64,000 nt of DNA from the human T2T-CHM13v2.0 reference genome, Homo sapiens. The notes under the pieces are model-generated. The model ran no database searches and was not told the origin of the DNA. It saw only the letters and a list, made by a program, of their open reading frames with translations. Numbering within the stretch: position 1 is the stretch's first letter; the number at the start of each line of letters is the position of its first letter. The translations under genes were made by a program, and so were the position numbers. The stretch lies in NCBI RefSeq assembly GCF_009914755.1, contig NC_060947.1, one strand, 5' to 3'. This document shows positions 12,258-29,972 of the stretch, piece by piece.

Positions 12258-12617
12258 TGGAATACTACTCAGCCAGAAAAATGAACAAAATAATGGATGC
12301 AGCAACCGGGGTGGAGTTGGAGATCATTATTTTAAGTGAAATCACTCAGGAATGGAAAACCAAACATTGTATGTTCTCACTTATAAGGGGGCACTAAGCT
12401 ATGAGGATACAAAGGCATAAGACTGATACAATGGACTTTGGGGACTCGGGGCAGGGGAGGATGGGAGAGGGATGAGAGATAAAAGACTACACATTGGGTA
12501 CAGTGTACACTGCTCAGGTGATGGGTGCACCAAAATCTCAGAAATCACCACTAAATAACTTATCCATGTAACCAAACACCACCTGTTCCCCAAAATCTAT
12601 TGAAATAATTTTAAAAA

Positions 12618-13925
<1,308 letters not shown>

Positions 13926-14040
13926 TAATGTAAGAAAGACATACAAATGGTCAAAAGGTATGTTTAAAAATGCTCGAGACCAGCCTGGACAACATAGTGA
14001 GACCTCATCTCTACAAAAAATAAAAATATTGGCCCAGTAT

Positions 14041-16692
<2,652 letters not shown>

Positions 16693-17485
16693 AAAGTTAG
16701 CCCAGTGTGGTGGCACGTGCCTGTAGTCCCAGCTACTCAAGAGGCTGATGAGGGAGGATCACTTGAGCCAGAGAGATGAAGGCTACCGTGAGCCAAGATC
16801 ATGCCACTGCACTCCAACCTGAGCAACAGAACGAGATTCTGTCTCAAAAAAAAAAAAAAAATGCTGAACATGTCTAATCATCAGAGAAATGCAAATCAAA
16901 ACCAAAATGAGATATCATCTTACACCAGGAAGAATGGCTATTAAAAAGACAGAAAAAAAGAAGTCTGCAAGAATGCAGAGAAAGAGTAATTACTTTTATT
17001 GACACAATATTTGTACATATGGGATATATTTGATATTTTGTTACATGCATAGAATATATAGTGATCCAGTGAGGGCATTTAAGGTACCCATCACCTCAAG
17101 TATTGATCAGTTCTATGTGCTGGAAATGTTTCAAGTCCTCTTTGCTAGCTATTTTGAAATATACAATATACTGTTAACTGTAGTCCCCCTGCTCTGCTAT
17201 CAAACATTAGAACTTATTCCATCTAACTGTATGTTTATACCCATTAACCAACCTCATCTCATTCCCCACCAAATATATGCACATCCTTCCCAGCTTCTAG
17301 TTTCTACCATCCTACTCTCTACCTCCATTTGAGCAACAATTTTAGCTACCACATATGAGTGAGAACATGCAATATTTGTCTCCCTGTGCCTGGCTTACTT
17401 CGTGTAACATAATGACCTCCAGTTTTATCTATGTTGCTGGAAATGGCATTATTTCATTCTTTTTAATGGCCAAACAGTATTCCAT

Positions 17486-19748
17486 TGATGTGGTTTGGCT
17501 GTGTCCCTACCCAAATCTCATCTTGAATTGTAACTCCCACAATTCCCACGTGTCATGGCAGGGACGTGGTGGGAAGTGGTTGGATCATGGGGGTGCGTCT
17601 TTCCTGTGCTGTTCTTGTGGTGGTGAGTGGATCTCATGAGATCTGATGATTTTAAAAAGGGGGAGTTTCCCTGCGCAAGCTCTCTTCCCCTGTCTGCCAC
17701 CATGTGAGATGTGCCTTTCACCTTCCACTATGATTGTGAGGCTTCCCCAGCCATATGGAATTGTAAGTCCATTAAACCACTTTCTTTTGTAAATTTCCCA
17801 GTCTCAGATATGTTTTTATCAGCAGCATGGAAACAGACTAATACAGTAAATTGGTACCAGTAGAGTGGGGCACTGCTGAAAAGATACCCAAAAATGTGGA
17901 AGCAACTTTGGAACTGAGTAACAGGGAGGGGTTGGAACAATTTGGAGGGCTCAGAAGAAGAAAGGAAAGTGTGGGGAAGTTTGGCACTTCCTAGAGACTT
18001 GTTGAATGGCTTTGACCAAAATGCTGACAGTGATATGGACAATAAAGTCCAGGCTGAGGTGGCCTCAGATAGAAATGAGGAACTTGTTGGGAACTAGAAC
18101 AAAGGTGACTCTTGTTATGTTTTAGCAAAGAGACTGGTGGCATTTTGCCCCTGCCTTAGAGATTTGTGGAACTTTGAACTTGAGGGAGATAATTTAGGGT
18201 ATCTGGCAGAAGAAAATTCTAAGCAGCAAAGCATTCAAGATATGACTTGGGTGCTGTTAAAGGCATTCAGTTTTATAAGGGAAACAGTATAAAAGTTCAG
18301 AAAATTTGCAGCCTGACAATGTGATAGAAAAGAAAATCCCATTTTCTGAGGAGAAACTCAAGCTGGCTGCAGAAATTTGCATAAGTAATGAGGAGCTGAA
18401 TGTTAATCCCCAAGACAATGGGGAAAATGGTATGTCAGAGGTCTTCATGACAGCCCCTCCCATCACAGGCCTGGAGGCCTAGGAGGAAAAAGTGGTTTCT
18501 TGGGCCAGGCCCAGGGTCCCCATGCTGTGTACAGCCTAAAGGCTTGGTGCCCTGTAGAGCTCAGGTTGTGGCTTCAGAGGGTGCAAGCCTCAAGCCTTGA
18601 CAGCTTCCATGTAGTGTTGAGCCTGCCAGTGAACAGAAGTCAAGAATTGGGGTTTGGGAACCTCTGCCTAGATTTCAGAAGATGTATGGAAATGCCTGGA
18701 TGTCCAGGCAGAAGTTTGCTGCAGGTGTGGGGTTCCAATGGAGAACCTCTGCAAGGGCAGCGTGGAAGGGAAATGTGGGGTCAGAGCCCCCACACAGAGT
18801 CCCTACTGTGGCACCACCTTGTGGAGCTGTGAGAAAAGGGCCACTGTCTTCCAGACCCCAGAATGGTAGATCCACCAATAGCTTGTGCCATGCACCTGGA
18901 AAAGTTACAGATACTCAATGCCAGCCCATGAAAGCAGCCAGAAGGGGGGCTATACCCTGCAAAGCCACAGGGGTAGAGCTGCCCAAGGCTGTGGGAGCCC
19001 ACTTCTTGCATCAGCATGACCTGGATGTGAGACATGGAGTCAAAGGAGATCATTTTGGAGCTTTAAGATTTGACTGCCCTGATGGATTTTGGACTTGCAT
19101 TGGGCCTATAGCTCCTTTGTTTTGGCCAATTCCTCCCATTTGGAACAGCTACATTTACCCAATGCCTGTACCCCCAGTGTGTCTAAGAAGTAACTAACTT
19201 CCTTTTGATTTTATGGGCGCATAGGCAGAAGGGACTTGCTTTGTCTCAGATGAGACTTTGTACGGTGGATTTTTGAGTTAATGCTGAAATGAGTTAAGAC
19301 TTTGGGGGACTGTTGGGAAGGCATGGTTGGTTTTGAAATGTGAGGACATGAGATTTGGGAGGGGCCAGGTGTGGAATGATGTGGTCTGGCTGTGTCCCCA
19401 CCCAAATCTCATCTTGAATTTTAACTCCCACAATTCCCACATGACATGGAAGGGACATGGTGGGAGGTGGTTGGATCATGGGGGCAGGTCTTTCCTGTGC
19501 TGCTCTTGTAGTGGTGAGTCAGGCTCACAAAATCTGACGGTTTTTAAAAAGGGGAGTTTCCATGCACAAGCTCTTTTCTCTTGTCTGCCACCACGTGAGA
19601 CATGCCTTTCACCTTCTGCCTTGATTGTGAGGTTTCTCCAGCCACATGGAACTGTAAATATATTAAATCTCTCTCTTTTTTTTTTTTTTTGGTAAATTTG
19701 CCAGTCTTGGGTATGTCTTTAGCAGCAGTGTGGAAATGGACTAATACA
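17486..19748 (+). mobile_element. Complete THE1 (THE1A/B-like) MaLR provirus: LTR 17486-17845, internal 17846-19376, LTR 19377-19748
   Basis: Both LTRs run tgatgtgg...ctaataca; internal part starts gtaaattggtaccagtagagtgggg and ends in a purine-rich tract gggaggggccagg; perfect 5-bp TSD TCCAT at 17481-17485 and 19749-19753. Confidence 0.96.
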
Positions 19749-22700
19749 TCCATTGTGTATATATACCACATTTCTTTTATCCATTCGTCCACTGATGAAC
19801 ACTTAGGTTGATTCCATATCTTGGCCATTATGAATAGTCCTGCAGTAAGCATGGAGGTGCAGATATCTTTTTGATATACTGACTTATTTTACTTTGGATA
19901 AATACCCAATAGTAAGATTGCTGGAGCACATAGTAGTTCTATTTTTTGTTTTTCGAGAAACCTCCATACTGTTTTCCACAGTGGCTATACTAACTTAAAT
20001 TCCCACCAACAGTGTTATAAGAGTTCCCTTTTCTCCACATCCTTGCCAGCATCTGTTATTTTTTGTCTTTTTAATAACAGCTATTCTAATTGAAGCAGGA
20101 TGATATCTCATTGCATTGGGCTTTTGATTTGTATTTCCCTGATAATTAGTGTTGTTGAGCATTTTTAATATACTCGTTGGCCATTTGTATGTCTTATTTT
20201 GAGAAATATCTATTCATGTTTTTGCCTACTTTATAATGGGGTTATGTTTCTTTACTGTTCAGTTGTTTGAGTTCCTCATATATTCTGGATATAAGTCCCT
20301 TGCCAGATGAATAGCTTGCAAATATTTTCTCCCATTCTACAGGCTGTCTTTTCAATTTGTTGTTTCCTTTGCTGTGCAGAAGCTTTTTAGTTTAATATAG
20401 TCGCATTTGTCTATTTTTGTCTTGTTCCCTGTGTTTTGCTGTCTTAGCCATAAAATCCTTTCCTAGACCAGTGTCCCAAAGTGTTTCCCCTATGGTTTCT
20501 CCTAGTACTTTTATGGTTTGGCATCTTACATTTAAGTATTTGATTTATTGTCAGTTGATTTTGTATATGGTAAGAGGTCCAATTTCTTTCTCCCACATAT
20601 AGGTATCCAATTTTCCCAACACCATTTATTGTGGAGGTTGTTCTTTTCCCAGTGTAAGTTCCTGGCACCTTTTTTGAAAATCAATTCAGCTGTACATATG
20701 TAAATTTTTTTCTAGGTTCTCTATTATATTCCGTTGATCTATGTGTCTGTTTTTATAACAATATCATGCATTTTGGGTTACTATAACCTTATAATATATT
20801 TTGAACTTATGTGTTGTGATGCCTCTAGCTTTGTCTTCTTGCTCAAGATTGCTTTCTCTATTTAGGCAGTTTTGATTCAGTAAGAATTTTAGGATTGTCT
20901 TTTATAGTTTTGTAAAAAAAAATGACATCTGTATTTCAATGGAGATTGTATTGAATCTGTAGGTTTTGGTTAATATGGTCATCTTAATGTTAATTCTTCC
21001 AATCCATGAACATGGGATGTATTTCTAGTTGTTTATGTCTTCTTAATTTCTTTCATCAGTGGTTTATAGTTTTCCTTAAAGAAGTTATTCACCTCTTTGG
21101 TAAATTTATTCCTAGGAATTTCTTTTTTTTTTTTTTTTGTACGTATTGTAAATGGGATTGTCTTCCTGATTTCTTTCTCAGCTAGTTCATTATTGGTGTA
21201 TGGAAACACTACTGGTTTTTGTAGGTTGATTTTGTATCCTGATACTTCACTGAATTTATCAGATTTAAGACTTTTTTGGTGGAGTCTTTAGGTTTTTCTA
21301 GATATAAGATCATGTTATCTGCAAAAAGGGAAAACTTGACCTCCTCTTTTCCAATTTGGATGCCTTTTATTTATTTCCCTTGACTGATTCCTTGGGCCAG
21401 GGCTTCCAGTACTCTGTTGAATAGGAGTGGTGAAAGCAGGTATCCTTGTCTTAGAGGAAAGGGTTTCAGCTTTTCTCCATTCAGTATGATGTCAGTTGTA
21501 TGTTTATCATATGTGATCTTTATTATTTTGAGGTCTATGCCTTCTTTGTTAAGAGTTTTTATCATGAAAGTATGTTGAATTTCATCAAATGTTTTTTCTG
21601 CATCTATTGAGTTTTTCATGTTTTTTGTCCTTCATTATCTTTGTGTGATGTATCATGTTTATTGAATTGCATATGTTAAAACTTCCTTACAACCCTGGGA
21701 TAAATCTCACTTGATCATGGTGTGTTATCTTTTTTATGTACTGTTGGATTAGGTTGGCTAGTACTTTGTTGAGGATTTTGGTATCTGTGTTCATCAGGGA
21801 TATCTGTAGTTTTATTGTTTTGTCGTTGTTGCACCCTTGTCTTGTTTTGATATCTGGGTAATGATGGCCTTGTAAAGTGAGTTAGAAATAATTAAGTCCT
21901 CTTCAAATTCTTGGAATATCTTGAGGAGAATTGGGGTTAGTTCCTTTTTATTAAGTTTGGAAGAATTCAGCAGTGAAGCCCTCTGGTCCTGGATTTTCTT
22001 CATTGGGAGACATTTTATTATAGATTTAATCCCATTACTCATTATTGATCCTTCAGGTCTTATATTTATTCCTGATTTAATCTTGGTAGGTTGTAATTGT
22101 TCAGGAATTTATCCATTTCCTGTGCATTTTCCAGTTTGTTAAAATATTACTGTTCATAATTTTCTCATGATCTTTTGTATTTCTGTGGTACCAATTGTAA
22201 TGTTTCTTTTTTCATTTCTGATTTATTTGGGTCTTCTCCCTTTTTTCTTGATTAGCTATCTTTTTATGAATTTTGTTAATCTTTTCAAAAAACTAACCTT
22301 CATGTTATTGATCCTTTGTATTGGTTTTTATTCTGTTTTTTGTTTGTTTGTTTGTTTGTTTGTTTTAGTTCTGCTCTAATCTTTAGTATTTTTTTTTCTT
22401 CTACCAATTTGGCATTTGGTTTGTTTTTGTTTTTCTATTTCCTTGAAGTTCACTGTCAAATTGTTTACTTGAAATGTTTTTAATTTTTGGATGTAGGTGT
22501 TCATTGCTATAAATCCCCCTCTTAGCACAATTTTGCTGTATCCCACAGGTTTGGGTATGCTGTGTTTTTATTTTTATTTGTTTCAATAAATTTTTTGAGT
22601 TTTTCTTTAATTTCTTCCTTCACCCAATGGTCATTCAAGAGCATGTTGTTGTTTAATTTCCATGTATTTGTAGAATTCCCAAAGTTGTTCTTATTAATTT

Positions 22701-25276
22701 ATAGTTTTATTCCATTGTGGTCTCATAGGATACTTGATATGATTTTGATACTTTTTAATTTGTTAATGCTTGTTTTGTATCCTAAACTATGCTCCATCCT
22801 CGACAATGTTCCATGTGCTGATGAGAAGAAAGTGCATTCTCTGTGGTTGGATGAAGTGTTCTGTTCATGTCTGTTAGGTCCATTTCTCCAAAGTGCATTA
22901 AATCCAATGTTTCTCTGTTAATTTTCTGTCTAGATGACCTGTCTAATGTTGACAGTGGGATGTCGAAGTCCCCCACTATCATTATATTGGAATCTTTTTC
23001 TCCTTTTAGATCTAATAATATTTGCTTCGAATATCTGGGTGCTCCAGTGTTGGGTGCCTATATGTTTAGAATTGCTATATCCTCTTGCTGAATTGATACC
23101 TTTATCGTTATATAATGACCCTGTCTCTTTTTACTATTTTGTCTTAAAGTCTGTTTTATCTCATATAAGTGTAGCTATTCCTGCTCATTTTGGTATCCAC
23201 TTATAAGGATTATCTTTTTCCATCCCTTTATTTTCCATCTATATGTGTCTTTACAAGTGAAGTGAGGTTCTTACACATATGATATGGTTGGTTCATTTTT
23301 TTTATTAATATCTATTCAGCCAGTTTATCTCTTTTAGGTGGAAAAGTCAATCCATTTACCTTCAAGGTTATTATTGCTATGTGAGGGCTTATTTCTGTCA
23401 TTTTATTAATAAATCCCTGGTTGTTTGTATATTCTTTGTTCCTTTCTCTCTTATTGTTTATCATTGTGGTTTGATGGTTTTCTATGATGTTAATATTTGA
23501 TTCGTTTCTCTTCCTTGTGTGTTTGCTTTACCAGCGTGTTTGATCATTTCATTTTTTTACGATGGTAGATATCATTCTTTCACTTTCACATGTAGGACTT
23601 CCTTAAGCATCTCTTGTAGGGCTGGTCTAGCAGTGATCGATTCCCTCAGCTTTTGCTTGTCTGGGAAATATTTTAAGTCTCCTTCATTTATAAAGGATAA
23701 CTTTGCTGGGCATAGTATTTTTGATTAGCAGGGTTGTTTTTCTTTGAATATTTTGAATATATTATGCCATTCTCTCCTGGTCTGTAAGGATTCTACTGAG
23801 AAATCCACCGTTAGTCTGATTGGGGTTCCCTTATCAATGACTATACAGTTTTCTCTTCCTGCTTTTAAAATTCTCTTTGTCTTTGATTTTGACAGTTTGA
23901 CTATAATGTGCCATGAAGAAAACTTTTTTGAATTGTATATTTTGGGGTATTTCTGAGCTTCTTGTATCTGGATGTCTAAATCTTCTGCTAGACTTGGGAA
24001 GTTTTCAGCTATTGTTTTGTTAAATCAGTTTTCTATCACTTTCATTTTCTGCTGCCTTCTGGGACACTGAAAATTTGAATATTTGGTTGCTTTGTGGTTT
24101 GCTATATGCCAAATAGGATTTGTATATTCTCTTTTATTCTTTATTTTTGTCTGACTGGGTTAGTACAAAAGATTTGTCTTCAAGTTTAGAAATTATTTAT
24201 TTTGCTTGATCTAGTCTATTGTTGAAGCTTTTGAATGTGTTTTGTATTTCATTCAATCATTTAATTCTAGAGTTTTTATTTGGTTCTTTTTATGATATCT
24301 ATCTCTTCAGTAAATTTCTCATTCATATCCTGAATTGTTTTTCTGATTTCTTTGTGTTTTCTTGTTTCTCTTGCACCTCACTGAGCTTTGCTAATATAAT
24401 TATTTTAATTTCTTCTTTAGAATTTCATAAATTTATATTTGATTGGGATGTGTTGCTAGATAATTACTGTGTTCCTTTGAAGGTGTCTTATTTCTTCTCA
24501 TTTTCATGTTTCTTATATTCTTCCATTGGTATCTACACATGTCATATAAGTTATTTGTTCCAACTTTTTGAATTTGCTTTCATAGGAGAGAACTTTTTCA
24601 TAAATATATATCTATGGTGTTGACTGAATAGGGCAATTTACCTTTGATTCTGGGTGTGTGCAATAGTATAGTCTACATATTATTTCTTCAGCTGTAAGCA
24701 GCATTAGTAGTATACGTAATTTCTTCAGTGGTTTAGGGTGCACTTGTTAGTGGAGGCTGTGGTTAAATTTTGTGGGGGATGGGGATGTCAGGTGAGTCAC
24801 TCCTTGGGCTCCAGTAGTGAAAGCATCAGACCAAGTGTGCTTGTCCTTGTGACCCAGGGTGGCATACACTGGAATCAGTGTTAGAAGGTCCAGGCTAGTG
24901 AATTCTTGAGCCTCCAGGCAGGTTGCTTGAGTACCAGCAGTGGGCTAGGTTAGCAGGCAAGTCCTTGGGTCACTGAGCAGTGGGAATGGCATAGGCAATG
25001 GCAATGGCAGTGGCAGGATAACCCTCTGGCTTCCAAGCAGTGTGCACTGGTGTTGGCAGTAGCTGCAGTGGAGTGCATGGTCCAGTACCTATGCCTGCAG
25101 GTGGCAGATGTGGGTGGGTTCCAGCTGTGGTGGTAGCTTCAGTTTTGGTGCACCTGTCCTTAGGCCTTTGGTTAGAGTATGCTGCTGGTGCCAGTGGTGG
25201 TGGATAGGGCAGGGAAATTCCTAGGACCTGGATGGCAGGCTTGGGCACTGGGTGGGGAGTGGTGGCGCCAGGCCAG

Positions 25277-25295
25277 TAGTGCCCCCTAGTGGTGT
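25277..25295 (-). promoter_or_regulatory. Strong CTCF-consensus motif in the L1 5'UTR
   Basis: Minus strand reads ACACCACTAGGGGGCACTA against the CTCF core CCAC(C/T)AG(A/G)(G/T)GGC(G/A)C. Motif match only; binding not shown. Confidence 0.55.
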
Positions 25296-26117
25296 ATGTG
25301 GGAACCCGGTGTGGTAGGCAAGAGCAGAATGATTCCCAGGTTCCTGGCGGAATGCTTTGGTGGGGATATCAGTGTTTGCACTGTGATCCTACTTCTGGGG
25401 AAGTCTGTGTTGCTTTCAGTAGCAGCAGCCATAAACAAGTGCCTGGGGAGTATGCAATTCAGCCCCAAGGGGTGGCTATAAACCAGGTGGCTTTTCCTTA
25501 GTGTGCTTTTAAATGCATGGCAGCCCTGCCACTGGGGTAGCTGGGTTGCTGCCCATGGCTTATGCTTGAACTCTGGAAGCAGCAGCCAGCAGCAGCACCT
25601 GGCTGTAGGTAGGGAATTTCACTGGGGCTCCAGGGATGTGAAGATACAGGGCTGTTGGGCCACAGGGCAGGGTGCAGTCTGGTGGGGACTGGGCTCTCAA
25701 AATGGCACCCTGCTGTAGTTGCTTAGGACTCAGTGGGTGTGTGGGACCTGGTGGGAGCTCCCTCTCTGGAGCAATGCCATCACACAGTCTCCAGACAGAT
25801 CCCTACATAAGTCTCAGGACCCATATGGGTCGAGGGGCTCTCCTGTGGCTAAGTTTGCAGAGGTCCACAGTGGGAACGTAGACTGCTAGAGGTCACTCAC
25901 TTATACTTTTCCCACACTGGGGAGCCTCTCCAGGTTTCTAGCCCATCCCAGCCAAGCAGGTTACCTCACTTTTATTTCCTTCCTTGCTTTAGATCACTTC
26001 TGTGTTGAATTTTAGCATTCTCTCTTAGGTGATCTATTCGTGTGTGATTATCTACTCACTATTTTGGTTCTTCTTTGTGGAGGAGATGAATACCAGATTC
26101 CTCTAGTCAACCATCTT

Positions 26118-26423
<306 letters not shown>

Positions 26424-27182
26424 TGAAGCCCATTGATAAGGGAGCTCTTATATGGTCTTGGTGGGAATGTAAATAAGGATAGCCACTATGGAAAACAGTA
26501 TGGAGATTTCTTAAAACACTAAAAATATAACTACTATATGGTCCAGTGATCTCACTACTGGGAATTTATCCAACAGAAGAGAAATCAATATATCAAAGGG
26601 ATACCTGCACTCCCATGTTTATTGCAGTATTCACAATAGTAAAGATCCATATCAATCTAAGTGGATAAAGAAAATATGGCACATATACCATGGAATACTA
26701 TGCAGCCACAAAAAGAATGAAATCACATCATTTGCAGCAACGGGGATGGAACTGGAAATCATTACGTTAAGTGAAATAAGCTAGGAGCAAAAGACAAACT
26801 TTGTATGTTCTCATTTAGGGGAGCTTAAAAAGTTGATCTCATGGAAGTAGAGTAAAATGATAGATACCAGAGGTTTGGAAGGGTGTGGAAGGGGGATGAG
26901 GAGGGTTTGGTTAATAATGGGTACAAACATACATCTAGATAGAAGAAATAAGTTCTAATGTTCAATAGCAGAGTAGGGTGACTATAATTAACAACAATAT
27001 ATTGTATATTTCAAAATAGCTGGAAGAGAGGACTTGAAATATTCCTAACACACAGAAATGATCAATACTCGAGGTGATAGATACTCCAAATACCCTGACT
27101 TAATCATTACACATTCTATGCATGTAACAAAGTGTTACATGTACCCCATCAATATGTATATTATGTATCAATAAAAATAGTG

Positions 27183-27280
27183 TCATGAAGGCAGGGATTT
27201 TGTCCTGGTCATAGATGTATACCCAACACCTAGCACAGTACTTGAAACATAGTGGGTGCTCAATAAATATTTGTTCAGTT
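27183..27280 (+). mobile_element. L2 3' end
   Basis: catgaaggcaggga...cctagcacagt...catagtgggtgctcaataaatatttgtt. Confidence 0.8.
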
Positions 27281-27289
27281 CACTAAACA

Positions 27290-27430
27290 ACTCTGAGTTC
27301 TAACAATGACTCTGTCATTAACTGGCAACTCTGTGGCTTTGGGCAAGTTCTTTCCTCCCCCTTGAGCCTCGGTTGTACCATCTAGAAAATGATGGTGTGG
27401 AACTAAACTATCTCTAAGGTACTTATCAGC
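27290..27430 (+). mobile_element. MIR3/MIRc remnant
   Basis: ctgtggctttgggcaagtt...gagcctcggtt...catctagaaaatga...atctctaaggt. Confidence 0.6.
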
Positions 27431-27534
27431 TTCATAATGCAATCAATGATTTTATAAATTGACATATATTGCAGCCATTTTCCAAAAGCAGAAAATAAGG
27501 GAGCAGGCATCATCATCGTCACTATTCTCTATCA

Positions 27535-28430
27535 CACAATAAGTATTTATTCAGACCCACCATCTGCCATGCTGTATGCTAGTTGTTGAGAATACAGCAA
27601 TTAATTTAAAAAACACACCCTTCCCTCAAGGAGATGGTAATCTAATTAGGAAATATTCTATATACATGCAAATCAAAATAACAATACAAAGTACAATGCT
27701 CAGTGCCAAATGAGTTGAAATCATAATGATAAACAATTTTGATAGCTAAAATTTATTGAGATCTTACTATATACCAGGAATTAATCTAAAAAATTTACTT
27801 ATATTAACTTATATAAGCCTCACAACAAACCCATGGGAAATATACTATTATTACAACCCTAGGAAACAGGTACTGGTACTACTGTATCTATTAATGGATA
27901 GTAAGTGCTACTGGCATGCAGAAGATCTCACAGAGGACTGAGTACAGGCAGTCTTGAAGGAAACAGGAGCTGAGCTGAGCCCCAAATGAAGGATGGAATT
28001 TAGATAATCAAAGAAGAAAGAAAGAGACCATTTCAAAAAGGAACAACTTGAGCCAACACATTGAAAGGGAAATGTATATTGCAAATTCAGGGCATAAGAA
28101 GTTGAGTGATTTCACTGGACTAGAGTTGCCTGGTAAAACTATCGAAAGATAAGTTTCAAAAGAAAGGTGACAACTGATTTGTGGAGGAGTTTAAATGTCA
28201 TGCTAAGGAATGTGGCCCTGTTCTTGTATATATTGGGGCTCCAATGAAATTTTTGAGAGTGGAGTTTCATGATCAAAATTACCATCTATGAAGATTAATG
28301 TGGCTATGAAGAAACCACTAAAACCTAGGTGTGAAGTGATAACGGTTCATATTTGGGTTGTTACAGTAGGAGACAAAGAAATTAGGGCTGTAACAGAAAC
28401 TACAGAAAGAATTAACTATAATCAGTGACT
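27535..28430 (-). mobile_element. Fragmented antisense L2 with an embedded MIR-like piece
   Basis: aagtatttatt...tgccatgctgtatgctag...ccctcaaggag; further L2-like purine-rich segments (gagctgagc...aggatggaattt, aaatgtcatgctaaggaat). Confidence 0.55.
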
Positions 28431-28447
28431 GATTTGATTTTAGATGA

Positions 28448-28813
28448 TGATACGGTTAGGCTTTGTGTCCCCACCCAAATCTCATCTTGAATTGTAATCT
28501 CCATAATCCCCACATGCCAGGGGAGAGACCAGGTGGAGATAATTGAATCTTGGGGGCAGTTTCCTCCATGCTGTTCGCATGATAGTGAGTTCTCACAAGA
28601 TCTGATGGTTTTATAAGAGGCTCTTTCCCCTTCACTCAGCACTTCTCCTTCCTGCAGTCTTGTGAAGATGTCTTGCTTCCCCTTCTACCATGACTGGAAG
28701 TTTCCTGAGGCATCCCCAGCCATGCTGAACTGTGAGTCAACTAAACCTCTTACCTTTATAAATTACCCAGTTTAAGGCAGTTCTTTATAGCAGTATGAAA
28801 ATGGACTAATACA
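28448..28813 (+). mobile_element. THE1D-like solo LTR
   Basis: tgatacggttaggctttgtgtccccacccaaatctc...ggactaataca; perfect TSD GATGA at 28443-28447 and 28814-28818. Confidence 0.93.
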
Positions 28814-29200
28814 GATGACAAGATGCATATGACAAAGATGACCCCAGTTTTCCAGTTTTGGGTATTTTTACAGAAACGGGTAAGTCTTGAGGAGTGGGAG
28901 ATAAAAACTTATAGAACAACTTTAGAAACATTTATAAATAACTTAACCATCATCCTGAGAAGACTTACAGTAATATAAATGTCAAGTTAACTCTGACTTA
29001 AATTCAACAGAATAAAGAAAATACTGACTGCATTATCAGGTGCTCATGAGACATTAAATGATAACTTTGCTATAACCATTTAGAAAGGAAGAGAAGTCAC
29101 ACTTCATGAAGGGTTCTTATTTTCCACTCAGCTAAAAATTGTGAAAAGCTACTTGAACTTATACAGAGCACATTGGTAAATGAGAATATTTATTAATGCA

Positions 29201-29672
29201 TGGTATGATGGATATCCTCCATTTGCCCATTTTCACTCTCCACCCTTTGCTTTGCTCCTGCCTGAGAAGCTCACCTATATGGATCTTATCAATTGGCTTC
29301 TTTCTCTATGGCTTCTGAATGGACTTGGCCAATTGTGAGCCCAGTAAGGGATCAGAGGGAGGGAGAAAATAAAGTCAGAGTATTTAATCCTAAGGTTGTT
29401 CTGGCCTGGCTGTGCCCCTAATCCAAAAGACACTGCCCTTCTCAAGTCAGCCTCCCTTACATGACTCTCTCCTTCTTGGTGCCAGTAACTGCTCCCTCTT
29501 CTTGTCCCTTCAGCTTAGAAATAGTAATAGCTGCTTGTGCTATTACTATGCTATACCTAGTATCCCTTATGCCCACACCTCTGTAAATAGTTTCTTTATG
29601 AATAGATCCTCTTCAAATTATTCTAATCTAAATGTATTACATCTTTTCTATTAGCACATTCTGACTGACACA
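29201..29672 (+). mobile_element. Old ERVL LTR (LTR33-like)
   Basis: ggcttctgaatggacttggccaat...gatcagagggagggagaa..aaagtcagagtattt, ending ctgactgacaca. Confidence 0.6.
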
Positions 29673-29714
29673 CTTGAAAAGTGGGTTTTACATATATACT
29701 ACATAGTCTAGGTC

Positions 29715-29972
29715 AATGTAGTATCATGGTAAAGAGCTTGGGTTCTAGGGTCAGCCTAACCTATCTTTGAGTCACAGATCTGCCATTTGCTAACCTATGT
29801 GGCTTTGGGCAATGTTTTTGATCTGTGAATCACAGTTTCTTCCTCTGCAAAAATGGGAATAACAATAGTATTTTCCTCAAAGTGCTGTTATAAGGATTAA
29901 ATGAGACAGTATATGTAAAGTGCCTGACACAGTGCTCAGCACGTATAAGTACTCGATAAATATTAATTATTC
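29715..29972 (+). mobile_element. MIR SINE
   Basis: catggtaaagagc...tgtggctttgggcaa...cagtttcttcctctgcaaaaatggg...aggattaaatgaga...actcgataaatatt. Confidence 0.85.

Larger units (their letters stand above)
10735..12615 (+). mobile_element. L1PB1-like 3' fragment (ORF2 end and 3'UTR) with an Alu and microsatellites inside
   Basis: ORF2 remnant [17 protein letters not shown]...; 3' end gggtgcaccaaaatctcagaaatcaccactaaa...cacctgttccccaaaatctattgaaataa. Confidence 0.9.

Noticed and set aside
11695-12339. Cluster of Cys/Val/Tyr/Ile/His/Thr-rich ORFs up to 186 aa
   Set aside because: Translations of dinucleotide microsatellites and Alu sequence.
18682-19197. 171-aa ORF as a domesticated gene
   Set aside because: It lies in THE1 internal sequence; neighbouring frames are disrupted and nothing indicates selection.
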